From assembly GCA_054600435.1 (NCBI GenBank), contig BAAIJX010000103.1, positions 1 to 38,358 on the forward strand: 38,358 nucleotides of DNA, read 5' to 3'. Both the position numbers and the translations under genes were made by a program. Of this stretch, positions 32,648 through 38,358 are shown one piece after another; the first letter of the stretch is position 1, and each line of letters begins with the position of its first letter. The notes under the pieces are model-generated. The model saw only the letters and a program-made list of their open reading frames with translations. It was not told the DNA's origin and did no database searches. The DNA comes from Neophaeotheca triangularis. Its lineage: Eukaryota.

Positions 32648-33692
32648 CCCTCAGAGCCGTAAGTGAAAACATGAGTGACTCCCGACAAGGGCGAGGTGCC
32701 CTTTGCATGAGCCAAGTGACGTAGCCTCCTACTAATCGCACAAAGCGCCGACGGCAATCGTTTCATCACCGTGCTGCCCCCGTCGCTTGAACGTTGTTGG
32801 TTGCTGGAAAGCCATATACGCCCCTGTGAAGAGGACGAGGTGGTCTCGAATTGCAGTCAGTCTTGAACGACAGATCGTTTCGGCAAGCTTTCGGTTGTTC
32901 GAGTTTAAGAATAAGCAGCTAGTTGGATCGACCACAAGGAATGCCGCGAAAGGTTGTTCAAGTTGCTGGCAACTTCTCTTTCCCCCGAATGGCTGTATTC
33001 CAGAGTGCAGCTAGACAATTCGGGGTTCGTGGACGGTGGGGTGGGAACAAGCGCCTTCATGATGAGCGAATCTTGATCCTGGAGGTTGGGGATCGGTTTG
33101 GAAGGTGGCCAGCCGTGGGTGTTCAGAAGTGACTTCCGAGTGGTTGCGGGACAAATCGATCCCGGAGGCGACGGGCTGGGTCACTGGGCGAGCTAGCAGC
33201 CAGCAAAAATCGGACACCGATTTCGCAAGGGCGATCTTGCTTACTCTGTGGGTAGTGTAAGCCTGAGCCGGTCAGTGGACCAGTGAAAGCTCGCTCGATT
33301 ACTTGAGTGCCTGATGGGATTCGGCTGTTCTTGTTCTCGATTTCGTTCTCTCAGACCCGTCACTCGTCGTTTGGCTGACTGAATTTCAGCAAATCATGAC
33401 TGCGGGATTCGTAGACGAAAAGAATCGCTAATTGTTTCACCTCCTCGGCTCGAGCTGTGACTCTCATGCCTCGCCCTGACTCCTACATACCTACCAATTG
33501 GTGCATAATGAGCACAACGAGCAGAAGGAGCGTCACTCGCCGAGATGAGCAAGGTCTTACAAGACCCGAGATAACGTACAGCCTGGAACCAGTTCGACAT
33601 GTACACAGCCTACCAGAGAAGTTCTGTTTCCCTTCCCCTCTCAAACTCAGTCCAACATGTCCTTCCAGCCAAAGTTGTCCCACCAAATCTAC

Positions 33693-34822
33693 CTACCGCC
33701 CATCCGGTGTCCCAATCTCCTTCTCATATGCCCTAAAAGGCAGATCCTTGCTCGGCCCCGCCGTACTCGGCAACGGCACCTGTCGCACATACCTCTCGTG
33801 CGCAGCCTCCTGGCCATTCAAATGCGAGAACGCAACCGTCCTGGGCGTCATCGGATTCCGGGAAAACCCGGCCGGCGTGACGGGGGATTTGGGCAAGCTG
33901 AGGAAGAGCTGGCGGTTGCGCTCCCAACGCTCTTCGCGGGTTTCCTCTGCTTCTTCGTTGCTCTGGTTGGTGGTGTGGTGGTTCTTGTCGCCGTAGTAGC
34001 CCCCGTCTGAAGAGGGATCCGGGCTGTATTGGGAGATCTTAGACATTTCGATGTCGGATTGTCGGGAGGCTCGTTCTTGGGGCGTGGGGATGCAGGAGTA
34101 GAGGGAGAAGATGACATAGACAGAGAAGAGGGCGCTGTTGGGAGGATGTGGGTTAGCGTGGGAGTGCGTTGGGTTGAACGGGGGACGGTGCTGCTTACAT
34201 AGCTATGCAGGTCGAGGCAAAAGCTCCGCGGGCTTGCATGCAGTAGCCGTAGTTTTTATCCGTTGCGTGGCTGCAGCCTTTGCTCATGTACCACGGTAAG
34301 CCTGGCGAAGAGAATTCAGGGTCGCTCATATCTTCCGCCGCTTGCCCGTGGATGCTGACAGCGCAGAGTGCAAGCAGCACGATGTGGAGGATGAGAGATA
34401 ATAGAGGTCGGAAGCCTCGCATCACGAACATGGTGACTTTGATCAGGAGGAAGAAGGTCGCTAGTACCGAGACCACGACATTGAAGCGGGTGATGCTACG
34501 TTGGCGACATGTCAGCTTAACATTCTCTAGCCCAGCCCTTCATGTTGCATTGCCCGGTATGGGATGGTGGACCGTACAATTGACTCCATACTAACGGCGT
34601 CTCATATGGTCTATAATTCGCCAACTCATAGACCTTCCGATTCGGACTGCTGTTGAAACCCTCATCATAACCATTCTGCCAGAGTTTTGTCCTATAAGTG
34701 TCCGGATCCGCGATTCCGAAGAGGGTGAGAATGGCAATGTCGACCAGGAGTTCAAAAGCCATGAGGCCGTACATGATGTTCGGGTAGCGCCATTTGCGCG
34801 CTATCATGGGAAAGAAGCGCAT
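33693..34822 (-). CDS. Conserved uncharacterised fungal multi-pass membrane protein, ~327 aa
   Basis: Exons 34822-34578, 34495-34199, 34134-33693 with canonical in-phase introns. Motifs LFGIADPDTYRTKLWQNG...GFNSSP...ANYRP...PLVWSQ, GQA..DMSDP, PWYMSKGC, GYCMQARGAFA, PMTPRTVAF; about four hydrophobic helices. Confidence 0.85.
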
Positions 34823-35249
34823 AGTTGCAATCGCTTTCGCTGGTAGCACAGCTGCGTCGCTTGTTCAGGTCGTCCACGGCATAACCATTGACCCTGATTG
34901 TTGTCGCCTTTCTTCAGCCAAGAGGAAGTTTGCGATGGAGTGGGTTGAGAGGCAGACAAAAAGGTTGTGAGGGAAAGAGAGAGACAGAGAAAGCTGACAT
35001 GATTTGAGCCCTCACAATCTTACGCTTACACATTAGTCGGCACGCCTTTTTCGTGACGGTGACGGCGGTGCATGCGAGTCACAAACCCGTCGGCGAAGCA
35101 GAGCTGACCTCGAAGCGCTGGCTGCGTGCCGGGTGTCGTCGGCCACAGCCAATGAGAGTGTTTGGCGCTGGGTTGACGATGGTGGGGCTTGCAGCGCGCT
35201 AATCCTAAAGGGGCTGGCGTTGCGCCAGCTGGGAGTCAAGTGAAGTTCA

Positions 35250-35800
35250 CTGGCTGCCATTGGACCACATCGAGCGTGTCTACATATCTGCTTGACGAGT
35301 GCGGAGCCAGCGAGGAGATCTTTCAGGTTACCATATGTGTAAATTTGATCGTCGGTCAAGCGAAGCTGCTGCAAAATGTCACTGCAAAGGCTTTCCAACG
35401 AGACAAATCGATTCCGATTCGACCAGGTCAAGAACGTTGACGAGCTTAAAGCTGCTATCTCCAACGAACTGAGCGCAGGCAGTTGAAACAGCAGTTCGAT
35501 GACGGATGCACTGGTCGTACTATGCAATTTGATCCACGACGCCGCTGTGTTTTCGATCACAAGAGATTCTAAGCGGCGGAAGCGAGTCGCGACGCCAGGT
35601 GCATTTCGCACGAGTCTCGACAGGACGGAGTTTCTCCCATCGCAAAAATTCTCGATACCCAGGCATTGGGTTCGGGTATTTCAGGATAAGAAGGGTGAAA
35701 TCTAGATCCGGGCCTTGCAGACGTTGGACGAAGTTTTCAGACCACCCCTTCTCTTCCGCAATATCGAAATATCGCTGTAGCAGCACCAAATCCGGCTTTC
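35250..35800 (-). pseudogene. Degenerate F-box/LRR-like paralog fragment
   Basis: Frame-shifted pieces VLLQRYFDIAEEKGWSENFVQRLQG, FRRLESLVI, LLFQLPALSSLEI and LQQLRLTD...NLKDLL resemble the neighbouring pseudogene. Confidence 0.4.
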
Positions 35801-36049
35801 TTTGCTCGAAGATTCAATGGGAGAAAGAACGACCTTGTTTTCGTCCTTTCACAACCGCTCTCCGATGAGAATTGCCCATCGGAGGTTTGTCACCGTTGGC
35901 TATATCCCTTCAATCGTCGGCTGTCATGAAACCATCTGCCAGCTCTTCATCCCGCCCTTGGTCATGATGCTGCTCGCTGCCTTTAATTATCACAAGGTGC
36001 AGTTTGAAAGCTCTGTCTAATCGGTGTATCGGCTGGTGCCATTGACTTT

Positions 36050-37550
36050 CTGCCATTTACTCTGTGCCCCACTCCCTAGGCAGGCTCGGGTTCCAGGCAG
36101 CAGCAGTTCGAAGAAAATGTCGTGGCCAGGCGATTTGCGTAGCTCACGTCTTATTACGGTATACATCGCGAGCCCACTATTCCTCGAGGCGAACGGCGGA
36201 AAGGTTCCCGAAGCTGCTATGGGCAAAGAGCTTCCTGAATTCCTCGCATAGTTGGTACGCGTCAACTCCGACCTTGTAACATCGCCAGGTTGACATTTCG
36301 TGAAGAGTGATGGGAAGCGTTCGAACCAACTGGTGGTTCGACTTCGACTGGTTCAAAGCCCATTCCCCATCGTCGACTTCGTCAAAATCATGATTCCCGA
36401 AGAGCATGAGACCATAGTTCATCCTTGGGATTCGCAGAGTCTGCATGTCTTTGAGACTGCCAAGTGCCTACCTGCTCGATAGACGTTTCGTTGGATTAAG
36501 ATTCCGGCGGAGCAGGACCTGCTCGAGTCGAGTGAATTTACACAGAAGCACTGCAAATTCGAAAACACCTTACCTTGTGCCACCGCCAGGGCCAACCCAA
36601 TGCACATCGATAAACTTGAGCTTAGGGCAAGCGGTAAAAACTGCGACAATGCCGTGGGCGGACTGCAGCATTCTATCAACCGGATACGCTCGAGTCGAAG
36701 CTCTCCGATGGCATTCATCACTGAGCCAGCGCGTGAATTCAGGGAATCTAGATCACCGAGTTTATTGCAGGGAGTTGAAGAAGGGGTAGATTGTACTCGA
36801 TTCTGAAACTTGGTGGCTCGAAGTCGTCCTCAACGTCGAAACTGGCAAATGCAAGCTTAGGGGCATGGCTCAAAAAGGCAGCATGTGAGGCAAAAAGGAC
36901 CGGTAAAGGCGACATTCGCCCCCGTGACTTTTTAGGGCGTCATCGACGAGCGAGGCCACAAGTCCACGCTAGAATGCTGAACTTCGGTAGAGAAAGCCCA
37001 ACGCTTCTAGGCCAGGGCAGATTGCCAGAAAAAGTGATACATCCGCGTGTTGGTCGCCGTTCCGGAGCCCTTGAAGAAACTTTTCAAATATCTCTGGTCG
37101 GAGACCGATCTGAGATGCGACCTTGAAGTATCGGTACAACACGCTTGCTGACACTAGCGGAAGCCTTTCCAAGTCTGCGTTGAGGTCTTTTGTGTAGGGA
37201 GATTGGATGCTAGAACAGTGATTTTCTTGACGTATTTGGCCAAGGTCGGCTCTTCGAACAGGCGCTGCAAAAATTTTATCGGTTGTCTGAAGTTTCTAAA
37301 CTCTTCAGTGCCAGCCCCCCTCCTGCTCTAAACGGATGTTGAGAGTATTGTAGAGTACAGATTTGATCAATTCGTGGAAGTTGGAGCTGGAAATGGATAT
37401 ATAAGCCAGTGTCTGAAGCCTGATACGATCTTCTCGTTCCCGCTTAAACGAAAGCGCTGTGGGTACGACTGGCCTAAGGTATGAGAACATGGTAGCGAGC
37501 ATTTCCCGGAGCTCACTAAGAGGCGCGGCTCCGGAGCGAGACGTAGCCAT
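36050..37550 (-). pseudogene. F-box/LRR-like protein pseudogene
   Basis: ATG at 37550: LSELREML..MFSYL...LQTL...S..F..L...VLY. Then across frameshifts (one in the G run at ~37315-37320) and stops: KFLQRLFEEPTLAKYVKKI, LRNGD..ADVSLFLAICPGLEAL, CPKLKFIDV, LGSLKDMQTLR, LVRTLPITL, FGNLSAVRL. Confidence 0.6.
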
Positions 37551-37645
37551 TTGGTTTTTTTGGCTGCTCAGCGGTCGTCAGTGGTGGGTAGACAGGCAGA
37601 TAAAGCACATCGTCGTGAACGTGGTTGAAGAGGTCGCTGAAACAA

Positions 37646-38216
37646 TCAAAAACCCCCCACCCACCGCCACTGCCCTCGCCAATCCCATTCGTCACAACAC
37701 AACAGCTTCCACATCTCCCAAATCCCCCTCTCAGCAACAACAACAGCAACAACAACAACCACAACAACAACAACAGCACCCGCTCCCCTCGGCTCCAAAA
37801 CGCATCCCAAAGCGGAAGCCCTGACCAACTTGGTCCCAAAATAGTGCTCCATCCAGGTGCGAACGACTACATCAAGGTGAGGTAGGTATTCAAGAGCATG
37901 CACACCTTTTGCAAGCGACCTCGCGGTTTTGTCCTCGGCGGCTTTGCAGCTAGCCGGCACAACTCCCTCGCGGAAGGGGTAGAAATCCTGAACCCGCCTT
38001 CGCCTGCTTAGACAGTCAGGATAGAGAGAGACGTGGGTTGCGGGTAGCTTGCCGTGGAGACGCCGGAGAGCACTGCTTCAAGATCGAGGGCAGTGAAGCG
38101 GGTGAGAGCAGGGATAGAGTCGTATTTGTCAGTGTCCGGAAGTCCGTTCTACCTTGAGAGAACCTTTCAGCCGACGATTGATAGAGGCTTAGGGTTATAC
38201 TGTAAAGTTTTACCAT
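37646..38216 (-). CDS. Possible small spliced or decayed gene of unknown function
   Basis: TATATA (~38256-38261), ACAACAATG start context at 38216 and a protein-like frame VQDFYPFREG...HALEYLPHLDVVVRTWMEHYFG. No clean splice model could be built. Confidence 0.25.
37732..37778 (+). repeat. (CAA/CAG)n trinucleotide microsatellite
   Basis: CAGCAACAACAACAGCAACAACAACAACCACAACAACAACAACAGC. Confidence 0.9.
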
Positions 38217-38277
38217 TGTTGTACTGTGTATAGACAGAGGAAAACAACCGCTCAATATATACGCTCAGAACGCTGAA

Positions 38278-38346
<69 letters not shown>
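38278..38346 (+). repeat. 69-nt poly-G at the window end (likely assembly break or sequencing artefact)
   Basis: Uninterrupted G run ending 12 nt before the end of the sequence. Confidence 0.85.
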
Positions 38347-38358
38347 CGGCGCGCACGC

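Noticed and set aside
32700..33450. Possible decayed gene between the TPP1-like and membrane-protein genes
   Set aside because: Only short protein-like stretches; no family motif or consistent splice model.

Overview
Left end of a filamentous ascomycete chromosome (probably a Dothideomycete; inferred from TTAGGG telomeres, RIP and short GT-AG introns). Twenty CCCTAA telomere repeats (1-120) abut ~3.5 kb of AT-rich, RIP-decayed DNA with intron-bearing relic ORFs, one running straight into the telomere. An accessory subtelomeric block follows (5-14.4 kb): an intact ACS/Dal5-family MFS transporter, a dead secreted-amidase fragment, an intact GH88 unsaturated glucuronyl hydrolase, an 8-Cys small secreted protein with a frame conflict, and two more pseudogenes (DUF6536-like membrane protein, multi-C2H2 zinc finger). 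Then comes a core block: alcohol acetyltransferase-family gene, a small spliced DUF1748 gene missing from the ORF track, pyruvate kinase, the PI(3)P 5-kinase FAB1, a TPP1/Est3-like OB-fold telomere protein and a conserved membrane protein. Degenerate F-box/LRR-like paralogs and a 69-nt poly-G end the window. Best leads: two in-phase 3' splice sites in the TPP1-like gene that would include or drop its conserved C-terminus; an inverted telomere-unit palindrome in its promoter; a 74-codon in-frame extension behind the pyruvate kinase stop; telomere healing inside a relic ORF; a CreA-site-rich transporter next to the GH88 gene; and recurring sharp C-rich to G-rich skew switches. All family calls are from motif recognition by eye, not database searches.
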